Notes under the pieces: model-generated
Told to the model about the DNA's origin: nothing
Seen by the model: only the letters and a program-made list of their open reading frames with translations
Databases searched by the model: none
Made by a program: the position numbers and the translations under genes
Shown: positions 39,566 through 49,803 of the stretch, in pieces
How the letters are laid out: each line of letters begins with the position of its first letter
How positions within the stretch are numbered: position 1 is the stretch's first letter
From: Pararcticibacter amylolyticus
Lineage (GTDB): Bacteria > Bacteroidota > Bacteroidia > Sphingobacteriales > Sphingobacteriaceae
NCBI RefSeq assembly: GCF_003130405.1
Contig: NZ_QEAS01000001.1
Coordinates: 111,276 to 175,275, forward strand
DNA: 64,000 nucleotides
Direction: 5' to 3'

Positions 39566-40819
39566 CTAGAATGCCTTAATGATAATCCTTAAACTTGAAA
39601 TGATCACCAGCACACCTACCGCAATCAGCATCGTTTTTGTCTTCAGCTTTCCGGCCAGCCTGGCGGCTATAGGAGCAGCCAGCAAACCTCCGATGATGAG
39701 GCCGGCTATGGTTTCTATGTGACTGGTACCGAGCATAACAAAAAAGGTAAGTGCACTTCCAAGAGTCACGAAAAACTCGGTAAGGCTGACTGTTCCAATA
39801 ATGTAACGGGGAGTCTTGCCTTTTGAAATAAGTGTACTTGTGACCAAAGGCCCCCATCCCCCGCCGCCGAACGAATCCAGGAACCCTCCGGCACCCGCCA
39901 GCCATCCTGCGTGCTTTACCTTGCGCGATTCATTTTTCTTTTTAAACGCGTTTCTCAGGATCCTTAGCCCCAGAAGCAAGGTATATACGGACAAAACAGG
40001 CCGCATCCATGAACCATATTGTTCACCCAGATAAGAAAGAAGCAACGCTCCGGCGATAGCACCAATAACACCGGGAAGCAGCAGTGTTCTGAATAGTTTT
40101 TTGTTAATGTTACCAAACCGGTAATGACTAAAACCCGAAGCCCCGCTTGAAAACATCTCGGCCGTATGGATACTTCCGCTGATCGCAGCCGGATTCAATC
40201 CGGTAGAAAGCAGCATCGTCGTAGAAATCACCCCATACCCCATACCCAGGGCCCCATCAACCATCTGTGCGACAAAGCCTGCAAGTAACATGACTCCAAA
40301 AGTAGCGTCAAGATCCAGGCTTTTACCAAATGTCTCAATAGCTGTAAGCAAATTGCCAAGAGGATAATACGATGCGATGACACTTCCGGTTAAAATAAAC
40401 CCAAGTGCAAATAAACACCTTGATGCTATTTTTTTCCAATACCGCTCCCCGGCATTAAAGCGGGCAACATTCTTTCCCCTGTCTTCAGCATCCAGAACAG
40501 AAACCAAGACTCCGTTCTCTCTGGCAAGCCGTATTACCTCACGCGTAAAAGAAGTACCGGGACTCCTGATCAGAATCAGATCATAAGCGGTTATAAGATC
40601 AGGCGTCATATCCTCATGCACGGCATCGACAGGAACCGGTGATCCCTCAAAATGAAGATCGGCCTGCTCTCCGGCCTGCTTCAGCACATGCGTATTCACC
40701 CTCTTGTTCCTTTTATGCAAGGATGAAATAACCCTGGCAGCCTCAGTACTCCTGCCAACAACAAGGATCTTCAGCCCTTCATTTGTCAGAATATCTTTAT
40801 CTAAATATACTGTATCCAT
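39566..40819 (-). CDS. TauE/SafE (TSUP) family transporter fused to an N-terminal Rossmann-like NAD-binding domain
   Basis: The N-terminal approximately 150 aa form a soluble domain with LKILVVGRS Rossmann-like motifs, reminiscent of precorrin-2 dehydrogenase or TrkA-N. The C-terminal approximately 260 aa are 4+4 TM helices with the G-rich TauE repeats. Confidence 0.6.
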   Translation of the reverse strand: MDTVYLDKDILTNEGLKILVVGRSTEAARVISSLHKRNKRVNTHVLKQAGEQADLHFEGSPVPVDAVHEDMTPDLITAYDLILIRSPGTSFTREVIRLARENGVLVSVLDAEDRGKNVARFNAGERYWKKIASRCLFALGFILTGSVIASYYPLGNLLTAIETFGKSLDLDATFGVMLLAGFVAQMVDGALGMGYGVISTTMLLSTGLNPAAISGSIHTAEMFSSGASGFSHYRFGNINKKLFRTLLLPGVIGAIAGALLLSYLGEQYGSWMRPVLSVYTLLLGLRILRNAFKKKNESRKVKHAGWLAGAGGFLDSFGGGGWGPLVTSTLISKGKTPRYIIGTVSLTEFFVTLGSALTFFVMLGTSHIETIAGLIIGGLLAAPIAARLAGKLKTKTMLIAVGVLVIISSLRIIIKAF

Positions 40820-40894
40820 TTATCGATCTCCGTAACCTCCTATATACCAGCTTCGGGGACGTAAAGATATATAAAAATATTTTACTCTACTTAT

Positions 40895-40924
40895 TTGGTA
40901 GATTAAATTTATTTACTACCTTTG
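40895..40924 (+). promoter_or_regulatory. Bacteroidetes-type promoter upstream of the redoxin-like gene
   Basis: TTG (40895..40897), a 19 nt spacer, and TACCTTTG matching TAnnTTTG (40917..40924). Confidence 0.35.
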
Positions 40925-41076
40925 TTTCAATGAACAAAGCGAAGACATACTCATTTCCTTCCACACATCAAACGATGTGTTGTTCACGAATGTGCAGCAA
41001 TTTCTGTTGTTGTTAACATTCATTCACTTTTTCCAATTCCATTTTCTCTTTCATTTCAAATCTCAACTCTACAATT

Positions 41077-41688
41077 ATGTTTTCATTTATCAGCAAGGCA
41101 AACAGCTATACGCAATCACTGCACGCACCGGTATCACTTCAATCAGAAAATCCTATTTCAGACACTCCTCTAAAAGAAGGAGATCTTGCTCCTGACTTTA
41201 CATTTTCGGCTAATAACTGGCTGGGGCTCATTCCAAACGTGACATCGGTAAGAGATATAAAGTTAAGAGATCTGTATCAGAAACCCCTGGTTGTGGTATT
41301 CTATTCTGTCTACTGGAATGGTTACGGAATTAACTTCCTTAAAAGGATTGAGAAGTTACAACAAAGTATTGAAGAAACCGCCAATATTCTTATTGTGACT
41401 CCCGAACCGCCAAGAAAACTGCTAAAGGCTTTTAATGGCTATGATTTTACGTTCAATTTCTATCACGATCCCGATCAGCTTCTGGCTGAAAAGTTCGGTG
41501 TCTTCTCTGAAGAGAAGCCAACATGGAACCTGTTTTCAGGCATCGATACCAATATTCCTCTGCTCTCTGCATATGTTATTAGTTCTGCAGGGCAGATCAG
41601 CTTTAGCCATATTGAAGACTTCTCGGGTAATCTTCCTGAGAGCGATTTGCTAACGGCTGTAAATGAAGAAGGACGACTGGCGTCCTGA
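41077..41688 (+). CDS. Peroxiredoxin (AhpC/TSA)-fold protein with no cysteine, probably non-catalytic
   Basis: The AhpC/TSA hallmark GDLAPDFTF and a thioredoxin-fold core VVVFYSVYW are present. The peroxidatic Cys position is occupied and the whole 203-aa product contains zero Cys. Confidence 0.5.
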   Translation: MFSFISKANSYTQSLHAPVSLQSENPISDTPLKEGDLAPDFTFSANNWLGLIPNVTSVRDIKLRDLYQKPLVVVFYSVYWNGYGINFLKRIEKLQQSIEETANILIVTPEPPRKLLKAFNGYDFTFNFYHDPDQLLAEKFGVFSEEKPTWNLFSGIDTNIPLLSAYVISSAGQISFSHIEDFSGNLPESDLLTAVNEEGRLAS

Positions 41689-41798
41689 AAAAGACCACCG
41701 GGACAATTCTAAATAGATAAGCTTACCTGTAATGGACGGATGGAAAGTACCCACCGTTTCATACAGGAAGCTTTGGAAAATAAAAGAATTAAATCATC

Positions 41799-42563
41799 AT
41801 GTCAGCATCTCCTGCCCGAACATTAACCGCATCTTACACATCTCAAACCGAAACCAGAAACATTGTACTTCTTCATGGACTCTTCGGCAGCCTGAGTAAC
41901 TGGAAAAGCGTGAAAAAAGAATTCTCTGCGGAGTATAAAGTTCATATTCCTGAATTGCCGCTTTTTGACATATACGCTACAGGCGGACTCGACAGGCTGG
42001 TCTCAGGCCTCGAAGACTTCATAGCAATCAAGAGGATAGAAAGACCCGTACTGATCGGCAACTCATTAGGAGGACATATAGCGTTGCTCTATACGCTAAA
42101 ACACCCCGGGGGTGTCAGCGAACTTATCCTGACAGGCAGCTCAGGATTATATGAGAAGACCTTCAGCGCAAGTTTTCCGAGAATTAAAGATTACAGGTAT
42201 ATCCGCAATAAAGTGGAAGAGATATTCCACCGGAAAGAAGTGGTAAAGCGCTCTGTAGTGGACAAGGTTTACTCCATTGTTCAGAGCAATACAGCAGTTA
42301 TATCGGTATTGGGAACCGCAAAAGAGGCACGCCGCCAAAATTTGTCACCCCACTTAGACAAAATCAAAGTCCCTGTACTCCTCATCTGGGGACTTCAGGA
42401 TACGGTTACTCCACCTTCTGTAGCTCACGAATTTTACGAACGCCTTCCTAATGCCCGGCTTTGTCTCATTAATGAATGCGGCCATGTCCCGATGATGGAA
42501 CAGCCGGAACTATTCAACAAACACCTTGGCGACTTCTTAAAAAAATATCACCAGGCAGCGTAA
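41799..42563 (+). CDS. Alpha/beta hydrolase
   Basis: HGLFGS oxyanion region, GNSLGG nucleophile elbow and a C-terminal GHVP His. Confidence 0.75.
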   Translation: MSASPARTLTASYTSQTETRNIVLLHGLFGSLSNWKSVKKEFSAEYKVHIPELPLFDIYATGGLDRLVSGLEDFIAIKRIERPVLIGNSLGGHIALLYTLKHPGGVSELILTGSSGLYEKTFSASFPRIKDYRYIRNKVEEIFHRKEVVKRSVVDKVYSIVQSNTAVISVLGTAKEARRQNLSPHLDKIKVPVLLIWGLQDTVTPPSVAHEFYERLPNARLCLINECGHVPMMEQPELFNKHLGDFLKKYHQAA

Positions 42564-42624
42564 TCTACCTGGTGAATTATTTTATCAGACCTGTCTTATT
42601 ATCTTCTTAACGGATTGATCCTTC

Positions 42625-43788
42625 TTAACCTGCAATTTTCAAATCTTTTGGCAGAACACCATGATACAGTTCAGAGAGTCTTGCAACAGTATAGTCAATT
42701 TCGTCTTCCGTATTATACTTCCCGAAAGAAAAGCGGATAGCGGTACGTTCAAAATCATAATGCAGCGCTTTCAGCACATGGGAACCATGACCCGAATGAG
42801 CGGTACAGGCACTCCCCCCGGATGCACATATATTGTAACTGTCCAGGTAAGACAGCGCAGATGACATTGCCGGTAAAGGAGGCAAAGAAACGCTCAATAC
42901 GGTATAAATGCTATCTTCAGGATCAGCAGAGTTCCCGTTGAATGCCACCCCGCTTATTTCTTCCCTGATCTTTGATATCATTCTCTTTTTTAAGACAGCA
43001 ATCCTTTTCCTGTCGCCTTCCAGATCGCGGTAAGCAATTTCCAGGGCGCTTGCCAGTCCCACAATTCCTGCTACATTCTCAGTGCCAGCCCGTCTGCCAT
43101 TTTCCTGGCTTCCCCCTTTTATCAGGGTCAAAAGCCTGGTCCTTTCACCGGCATACAAAAAGCCAACACCTTTAGGCCCGTTAAACTTATGTGCCGACCC
43201 CGTTATGAAGTCAACAGGAAGAGTTTTTAAGTCAAATTCATAATGCCCCATAGTCTGAACCGTATCAGTATGAAACAAGGCATCGTATTTCCTGCATATT
43301 TCACCGATTCGCTCAATGTCGTGGAGGTTGCCAATCTCGTTATTTCCATGCATAACCGACACAAAAGCACGGCTGTTAAACGCGAGAATGCTCTCAAGGT
43401 GCTTTAAAGAAACAGTGCCCCGCTCATCATGCATCAGATACACAAGCTCTATTTCTCCATTCTTCTCAAGTGCCTTTAGTGTATTCAAGACTGCGTGATG
43501 CTCGAAAGGCGTTGTTATAGCCAGGCGTATCCCGGAAGCCCGGATAGCAGAATAAATAGCGATATTATCGGCTTCCGTTCCTCCTGAAGTAAAAAGGATT
43601 TGAGATGGTTCTGCGTTTAGAAGCCCGGCGATGGTCGCACGTGCTTTTTCCACAGCCTTTCGCGCCTCCCGCCCGGGCCCGTGTGCAGATGAAGGATTGG
43701 CAAAGCCTTCAAAGAAGTAAGGCCCCATAGCAGCGAAGACCTCCCTGTCGAGAGGGGTAGTGGCAGCATTGTCTAAATAAATCTTCAT
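42625..43788 (-). CDS. Cysteine desulfurase (class V aminotransferase, NifS/IscS-like)
   Basis: A PLP-binding SGSAHKFNGPKGVG lysine motif and the catalytic loop SGGSACT. Confidence 0.85.
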   Translation of the reverse strand: MKIYLDNAATTPLDREVFAAMGPYFFEGFANPSSAHGPGREARKAVEKARATIAGLLNAEPSQILFTSGGTEADNIAIYSAIRASGIRLAITTPFEHHAVLNTLKALEKNGEIELVYLMHDERGTVSLKHLESILAFNSRAFVSVMHGNNEIGNLHDIERIGEICRKYDALFHTDTVQTMGHYEFDLKTLPVDFITGSAHKFNGPKGVGFLYAGERTRLLTLIKGGSQENGRRAGTENVAGIVGLASALEIAYRDLEGDRKRIAVLKKRMISKIREEISGVAFNGNSADPEDSIYTVLSVSLPPLPAMSSALSYLDSYNICASGGSACTAHSGHGSHVLKALHYDFERTAIRFSFGKYNTEDEIDYTVARLSELYHGVLPKDLKIAG

Positions 43789-44006
43789 AATAAGTTTAAT
43801 TTTAACGTTAAGCTTATTCAGATCGAAAGAGAAAGATTTGCGTTTGACAGAGCAGACATGCGAACTGTCTGAATCGTATCAACTTATCTTTTCCGCCTTA
43901 GCGGACAGGAATTAGCACCTTGTACTGGTACAGGTTGCTAAGACTTCACAGGGCCTATCCCTCCGTCTTTCTGGATAAGTGTAAAAGAACACACTGCAAA
44001 TATAAT

Positions 44007-44063
44007 AATACTCTACAAACTTTATAGAGTATTTTAAAATTTATTTAAGCGGATAAAAACCGC
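44007..44063 (-). terminator. Tandem hairpins downstream of the flippase-like gene
   Basis: GCGG-ataaaaa-CCGC overlaps the stop codon, and AATACTCTA-N9-TAGAGTATT (44007..44033) follows. Both are followed by T-rich sequence on the minus strand. Confidence 0.4.
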
Positions 44064-45124
44064 TATCCCTGCTCATCTGTCTGCTTCTTTAAAAGTGACA
44101 GCACAACATAAGCCCCGATTAATGCCGGAAGGAACAAGAGGAAAGACCGTTGCAGCAATGTAAAAACTGAAAGAACGGCCTTGGGCACCATATTGGCAAA
44201 AAGGATAGCAATACCAGCTTCAGCAAAACCACTGCCTCCCGGGCTGGGAGCAAAATAGATCATAAACTGAATGAGAACCTGAACTGCTACCACCTGCGCG
44301 AACGAAGTGTGAACCCCAAGTCCCAGCAGGATGACATATTGCATGCAATATTTATTAAAGTACAATACAGCAGTAATGATCAGGCTTAAAGGAAAAAGAA
44401 AAGGATGCTCTCTAAGAAGCTTGCTGCATATCGCCTGGTAACGTATTATGCCCTTGAATGACCTGTCGGACGATGCTTCCAGTTTATCCCCCCTCTTTCT
44501 GAATATCGTGCCCAGAAGACCAGTTGCCCACTGAAGGCCACGCCCTACCCACACCGGCTTCAGGAAGGCAAGCAGGAATACCAGCAGAAAAATAAAGAAT
44601 ACAGTAAAGCCGTATTTCAATAAAGCAGGCACCAGGCCTGTTTCCAAATGATTACTCATAATCAGTATTGCCGCGAACCCTGCGAGAGGCATAAAGAGCA
44701 GGGTAGCTCCCATATTGATCAGGCTTACAATAAATCCGTCGAGCACTTTTACCCCATGCCGGTGATAAACATATAACTGAGCCGGTCCGGCCCCGCTGTG
44801 AAAAGGAGTAATTGCCCCCATGAACATATTCGCCACATTGGCCCTGAAGCTCACCCAATGAGATAAGCCGGGATATAATTTTCTTATGAAAATATGGTTC
44901 CTCCAGCTTCCCAGCATCAAATCCACGAAGACCATACCCAGGCAGATGGCGATAAACTCCGGTTCAATACGGGCAACCGCACTCAAAGCACTTCCCGTAT
45001 TATTATAAAAGAACACGGCTGCAATAGACGCGATCGTTAAAAGAACGAGCCAAAGGCTTCCCCTGATGATGAGCTTCCTCTTAAATAAGCTCTTATTAAT
45101 ATCCCTATCCTGTAAACTCTCCAT
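44063..45124 (-). CDS. Flippase-like (UPF0104, lysylphosphatidylglycerol-synthase TM-region-like) integral membrane protein
   Basis: 353 aa with about 8 TM helices and a charged N-terminus (RDINKSLFKRK) before TM1. Confidence 0.6.
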   Translation of the reverse strand: MESLQDRDINKSLFKRKLIIRGSLWLVLLTIASIAAVFFYNNTGSALSAVARIEPEFIAICLGMVFVDLMLGSWRNHIFIRKLYPGLSHWVSFRANVANMFMGAITPFHSGAGPAQLYVYHRHGVKVLDGFIVSLINMGATLLFMPLAGFAAILIMSNHLETGLVPALLKYGFTVFFIFLLVFLLAFLKPVWVGRGLQWATGLLGTIFRKRGDKLEASSDRSFKGIIRYQAICSKLLREHPFLFPLSLIITAVLYFNKYCMQYVILLGLGVHTSFAQVVAVQVLIQFMIYFAPSPGGSGFAEAGIAILFANMVPKAVLSVFTLLQRSFLLFLPALIGAYVVLSLLKKQTDEQG

Positions 45125-45139
45125 ATGAAAGCCGATAAA

Positions 45140-46570
45140 TTAAAAAAGTGAGTTTCCTTCAGTCTCTCTGACAGCCTTTCCCTTCCATTTGAGAATAGTA
45201 TTGAAAAGATCCGCGGTGCGGGCGGCGTGAGTCGCCCAGCCCTGCTGGTTATACAGCAGAGGCACCATCATATGCTCCCTGTCCAGAGACCCATGCGATC
45301 CCTTATGTTCCGGATATTCCCAGAAATCCCGCAGATCATAACCCGGCTTAGCCCCTGTAACCAAATCGCCTGCCCTGCGGCTTTGAAACAACTGTGCTAT
45401 TTGGACCAGGGCATCCGGATAGGCCGAATCAAAGGTTATATCCAAAGCCTCCCTGTGGTTCTCTGCATGAAGATCATGATCAAAACCAAACGGGTCGGCA
45501 GTAACCGGACGATAAGAATACCCTGCCCCTTTATGCTCGATAAACGCCTTGCCATCCTTGTTCTCAACATAAAAAGAATTCTCAGTCTGGCCACGGTATG
45601 AAATAAAGTTAAAGGCCTCTTCCGAAAGCAGCGCCTTTAGCCTGTCTTCGCCAAAGCATTCTCTCAGCTCCTTTTCTCTCAGCACATGAGCACCTTCATG
45701 ATTAAGCAGGTGAATACTTCCAAAAGAATTCCCGGAAATCATTACAGCAGACTTTGGTTCGTTCTTCCATATAACCGGATAATAAACGGACTTCAGATCA
45801 TGAGCTGCCATCCAGTCGCCAAGATCCAGATGACTATGGGTAGCCGTCAGGCCATGATCTGAAGTAAGAACGAAAAGCGTATCATTCCACCAGCCCTTTT
45901 TCTCCAGGAACTCTCTTACTTCTCCCAGACTCTGGTCTGCAATTTTATAAGCCTCAACCGTCCGCTGATCGCGATAATGATAATAGTGCGAATCCCAGTC
46001 AACACTGGGAAAAACGGCAAAGAGAAAATCGAAATCGTTTCCTTGCCTGAACATATCCATGATCCTGGCGTGACCCTGAAAATCTACGGGGTGATGCCTT
46101 TTAAGAAAGTGGGCACGGGTATACAGCAAACCTTTCCCTTTTTTACCAAGGTCAAACTCATCCGGAACATTCCTGGTGATCATATTATATAAATTATACG
46201 CTCTTCCCGTCAACTCGAAAAGAGTTGGTTTATCCACCGGCATATCCGTATTAAACCAGGCTGCTTCCGGACCGCAATAAGAGCGCATGGCATACTTATT
46301 CAACCGGGATCTTTTAAACTCATATTTATCGAACCACCGGATACCGGTAATCCCCATTGTACCGGGAAAATGCCCGGTAAGAAAAGGCAGGTAGGCAGGT
46401 CCCGTGGTGGAAGGGAAACAACTCGTTGCCATCCTGTAAGTACCCTCCTCAGCAATCCTGGAAAAATTAGGAAGTTCACCTTTTGAAAGAAGTTCCGACA
46501 GGACATCCGGCCTTGCTCCATCTACCAGATAAAACACGACCCGTTTCTTAGTTAACACGTATGATAACAA
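45140..46570 (-). CDS. Alkaline-phosphatase-superfamily (type I phosphodiesterase/nucleotide pyrophosphatase-like) enzyme
   Basis: N-terminal YLVDGARPD and C-terminal LTSDHG ... H metal-ligand motifs. Confidence 0.7.
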   Translation of the reverse strand: MLSYVLTKKRVVFYLVDGARPDVLSELLSKGELPNFSRIAEEGTYRMATSCFPSTTGPAYLPFLTGHFPGTMGITGIRWFDKYEFKRSRLNKYAMRSYCGPEAAWFNTDMPVDKPTLFELTGRAYNLYNMITRNVPDEFDLGKKGKGLLYTRAHFLKRHHPVDFQGHARIMDMFRQGNDFDFLFAVFPSVDWDSHYYHYRDQRTVEAYKIADQSLGEVREFLEKKGWWNDTLFVLTSDHGLTATHSHLDLGDWMAAHDLKSVYYPVIWKNEPKSAVMISGNSFGSIHLLNHEGAHVLREKELRECFGEDRLKALLSEEAFNFISYRGQTENSFYVENKDGKAFIEHKGAGYSYRPVTADPFGFDHDLHAENHREALDITFDSAYPDALVQIAQLFQSRRAGDLVTGAKPGYDLRDFWEYPEHKGSHGSLDREHMMVPLLYNQQGWATHAARTADLFNTILKWKGKAVRETEGNSLF

Positions 46571-46647
46571 ATGAGAACGGGGCCACCCTTACAGCCCCGG
46601 TATTATTGGTTTAAGTTTTTCCTATTGGATTGTCTTTTGGACGCCTG

Positions 46648-48849
46648 TTATCTTATTCTAAAGTTATAGGCAAGCCGGACGGCAAATTGTTTAGCTGACG
46701 GATATTTAACAAAATCCTCGAATTTAAAAGCCAGGTCGAGGCCATTTTTCAAAGCAAAGCCGAAAGACGGGGAATAAACGAAAGATCTGTTATGAGACCT
46801 TCCCAAAACAGAGTTCCTGATATCCTCTGGTATTTCAGATTTGTTTTCAAGGGATAAGCCTCCCCGGCAGAATCCGACTCCCACCTCTCCCGCAACATAG
46901 AAAGTCCTGCCAAGAAGCGCCCTTACGCCACCCTTAACTGGCACAGCCAGGAAATCAGTATACTTCATTATTAATTGGTACTCTGATCCGTTTGCATAAA
47001 ATGAATAACTCTCATTCATAGGCTTTGATTGATCGTCCAGGTAAATTACACCAGTTGTCAGCATCGCATCTATGTTCCCCCCCAAATGACGCATTAACCG
47101 GATATCCCCCCCTGAAGCCAGCCCATACGGATAGTCAAAAGATATCCCTCCGCTGATACCTATTCCAAGCAGCCAGTCCATATTCTTATCGGGCAGGGAT
47201 GATGCAGGTCTTATGGGAGGTTTAAAGGACGACCGGAAAGCAAGTCCACCCTGCCAGCCGATCCAGGCACGGTTGTGGCGGGGGTTCCAGCCGGAAGGTT
47301 TGTCGTAATAAATCCTATCCGATTCTTCGAAGGACGGTGCATGTCCTAAATTTTTATATCCCGGAACAGCGAATGACTGACTGTGAAGGTAGTAGTTGAA
47401 TACAGGACCACCAAACAACTCAACACCGCTGCCTAACTTCAGACTCAGAGAAGTTTCAAACCTTCCCCATAAATCATCCCATGTTCCGCTTGCGTTCCCA
47501 AGCATAAAATCTGCCTCCGCCAGCAATGAAACTTTCTTTTCAGGAAAGAACTCCCTGCCGAATCCCATTCCAAAAGCATATAGTTTCTCCGAAGGGTTGA
47601 TATTCATACCGGCCTTTATTACACTGTAAAACGCAGAAGTTCCGCTTTGAAAAGCAAGGTTCGTGTTCATCGCGTCATTCGCAGAAACGGAGACCCTGTA
47701 ATGGCCGTTCCTGATTATATTGATCAATCCTATACTCGCGCCGGAGGAGGTATCAGCCATGTTCACCAATCCAATCTGCAGCCCCTTCAGCATCTTCGCG
47801 TAATTATGAAGCCCCGCAATCTGAACCCCTCTGACAAGGGCTTCTGAATGATTGATAAAACCCGCAACCTGAACTCCGGTAGCAGTATCTAATACCATAT
47901 TGTGTACAACGGAAATCTGCAGTCCCGTCATTTTCCCGCCGGTAAGATTAAATACCCCCGAGAGCTGCAGGTATTTTGAATCCTTTTTGTTCATATTAAA
48001 CAGCCCCCCGATTTCAAAACCATTGACACCCGCAGTATACCCCCCGGCTACATTCAGCGAGAACTTATTTACGATTTGCGGACTGAGCAAACCATGAGTA
48101 CTCAGTCCCGGCGCCAGAGATACCTGAAAGGGGCTGTAAGCAAAAAAACCGCGGATATTCAGGCTCTGCATCCTCTGCCTCGAAGAAGTCAGAAATGCAC
48201 CCAGACCTGTTCTCTCAATATTCTTCTCTTCGTCACTGTAAAGCTTCCTGTCTTCTGCAATTCTGGCACTAACCGGCACGGTCGCCAGCATATTAATAGT
48301 GGTGTCCCGGTAATGAAGCTTAGAAAGAGTCAGCCGGATCAAGTGATCGTCAGCAGCCCTGAAACGCATTTTAAAATACCCATGGTCATCAGTCAGCGCA
48401 GCCTGCAGCAGCCGCTTTTCGTATACGCTGGCATTCATGATCCGGTCACCAGTTCTGTCGTCCACCACAAAGCCGCTAAACGACCATGACTGTCCGCTCC
48501 CGGTGATATCAGGATTCAGAATAGTAAGCCCGGGCAGCCGGAGGGTGATTACAACATTATTTCCGTTTTCAATCAGATCAAATCTTTTCTTAAACAACAA
48601 ATTAAAAAGCTCTTTCAGGTTCGTCCTATTTGCATGAACACTCACAATACTGTCGGCATTCAGCAATGTACTCTCGTATGAAAAGAAACACCCGGTTTTA
48701 TTTTCCGCTAATTGCAGTACATCTCTCACTGGCCGCCTGTCAGCATGAATACTCATTTCACGCTCCAGAGGCCCCTGCCCCATCACATTGAATGCCAAAA
48801 ACGAGAACAGGAAAATCAGAAGAGCTTTATTCAATAATAAACTGGCCAT
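46648..48849 (-). CDS. STN-domain outer-membrane protein with a carboxypeptidase-regulatory-like domain and approximately 10-11-residue G.Q..G..N repeats; it does not have a SusC or classic TonB-receptor layout
   Basis: A signal peptide, an STN-like segment (RPVRDVLQLAENKTGCFFSYE ... LKELFNLLF), a CarboxypepD_reg-like segment (FSGFVVDDRTGDRIMNASVY), repeats (GLQISVV, GVQVAGFINH, GVQIAGLHNY, GLQIGLVNMA, GASIGLINI) and a C-terminal beta-rich region ending in an aromatic. Its start overlaps the FecR stop. Confidence 0.55.
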   Translation of the reverse strand: MASLLLNKALLIFLFSFLAFNVMGQGPLEREMSIHADRRPVRDVLQLAENKTGCFFSYESTLLNADSIVSVHANRTNLKELFNLLFKKRFDLIENGNNVVITLRLPGLTILNPDITGSGQSWSFSGFVVDDRTGDRIMNASVYEKRLLQAALTDDHGYFKMRFRAADDHLIRLTLSKLHYRDTTINMLATVPVSARIAEDRKLYSDEEKNIERTGLGAFLTSSRQRMQSLNIRGFFAYSPFQVSLAPGLSTHGLLSPQIVNKFSLNVAGGYTAGVNGFEIGGLFNMNKKDSKYLQLSGVFNLTGGKMTGLQISVVHNMVLDTATGVQVAGFINHSEALVRGVQIAGLHNYAKMLKGLQIGLVNMADTSSGASIGLINIIRNGHYRVSVSANDAMNTNLAFQSGTSAFYSVIKAGMNINPSEKLYAFGMGFGREFFPEKKVSLLAEADFMLGNASGTWDDLWGRFETSLSLKLGSGVELFGGPVFNYYLHSQSFAVPGYKNLGHAPSFEESDRIYYDKPSGWNPRHNRAWIGWQGGLAFRSSFKPPIRPASSLPDKNMDWLLGIGISGGISFDYPYGLASGGDIRLMRHLGGNIDAMLTTGVIYLDDQSKPMNESYSFYANGSEYQLIMKYTDFLAVPVKGGVRALLGRTFYVAGEVGVGFCRGGLSLENKSEIPEDIRNSVLGRSHNRSFVYSPSFGFALKNGLDLAFKFEDFVKYPSAKQFAVRLAYNFRIR

Positions 48850-49801
48850 TTATACGGGTAACTTTACAATCAAGCACTACGGACAGGACGTGCAGCACCT
48901 CTTCCGGTTTAGTATCTTTATCTATCTTCATGGTCAGCAGACGGTTTTTAAGTTCGTCAGAGGCAATCAGCATCTTTACATTATACTTTTTGCTCAGAAC
49001 ATCGGTCACCATCCACAAAGGGGTCTTTTCAACATGTAGTCCCTCTGTGAAATAATAATCATACAGAAGGTATTTGTTAGCAGACTTCCTCAGGCGGCCG
49101 GTATCTACATTCATTGATACTTTTTCTGAGCGTCCCAGCAATACTGATTCCCCAGCTCTGCTTACTTTCACGCGCCCGGAGGCAACAATCACCTCCAGCT
49201 CTTTGTCTTTTGTCCGCACATTAAATGAAGTACCCAGTACTTCAATCTCACAACCACGATAGCGCACGACAAACGGCCGGCGGGAATCCTGTTTTACAGA
49301 AAAAAAGCTCTCCCCCTGATCCAGATCTACTGTTCGCCCTTTGCCGGTTCGTCCATATTCAAATGTCAGATCTGTGTTCCTGTTCAGCGCGACAACTGTT
49401 CCGTCCGGTAAGGTGTCTGTGAGCACCTGATTTCCGCTCGAAAGCCTTTGTTTCCACGGATTCCCGGTTTTATACCATAGAAACCAGCCAAATCCGATCC
49501 CAATCAGCAGGATTGCCGCAACGCCGCTCAACCAGCGGTTCCCGAACCGGCGGTATTCAAATAGCTTCCCGGCATTTGCTCTTTCTTCAAATCGCTCCCA
49601 GGAGAGGTCGGTGTCAGGCACGGCAACAGCCGCAACATCTCTATCCATTTCCAGCACGCCGGTCAGGCGATCCAGATAATCCCTGTTTCTTACATCGCCA
49701 GCCAGCCATCGCTCCACCATCTTATTTTCCCCGGGATCTGTTTCGCCCTGAAGGAACTTTGCCAGGAGAGCATCGTTCATATTTCTTAAATCAGCTCCCA
49801 T
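48827..49801 (-). CDS. FecR-family anti-sigma factor
   Basis: A cytoplasmic N-domain, one TM segment (WLSGVAAILLIGIGFGWFLW) and a periplasmic FecR domain. It sits directly between an ECF sigma and an STN-domain outer-membrane protein. Confidence 0.8.
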   Translation of the reverse strand: MGADLRNMNDALLAKFLQGETDPGENKMVERWLAGDVRNRDYLDRLTGVLEMDRDVAAVAVPDTDLSWERFEERANAGKLFEYRRFGNRWLSGVAAILLIGIGFGWFLWYKTGNPWKQRLSSGNQVLTDTLPDGTVVALNRNTDLTFEYGRTGKGRTVDLDQGESFFSVKQDSRRPFVVRYRGCEIEVLGTSFNVRTKDKELEVIVASGRVKVSRAGESVLLGRSEKVSMNVDTGRLRKSANKYLLYDYYFTEGLHVEKTPLWMVTDVLSKKYNVKMLIASDELKNRLLTMKIDKDTKPEEVLHVLSVVLDCKVTRINGQFIIE

Positions 49802-49803
49802 TA

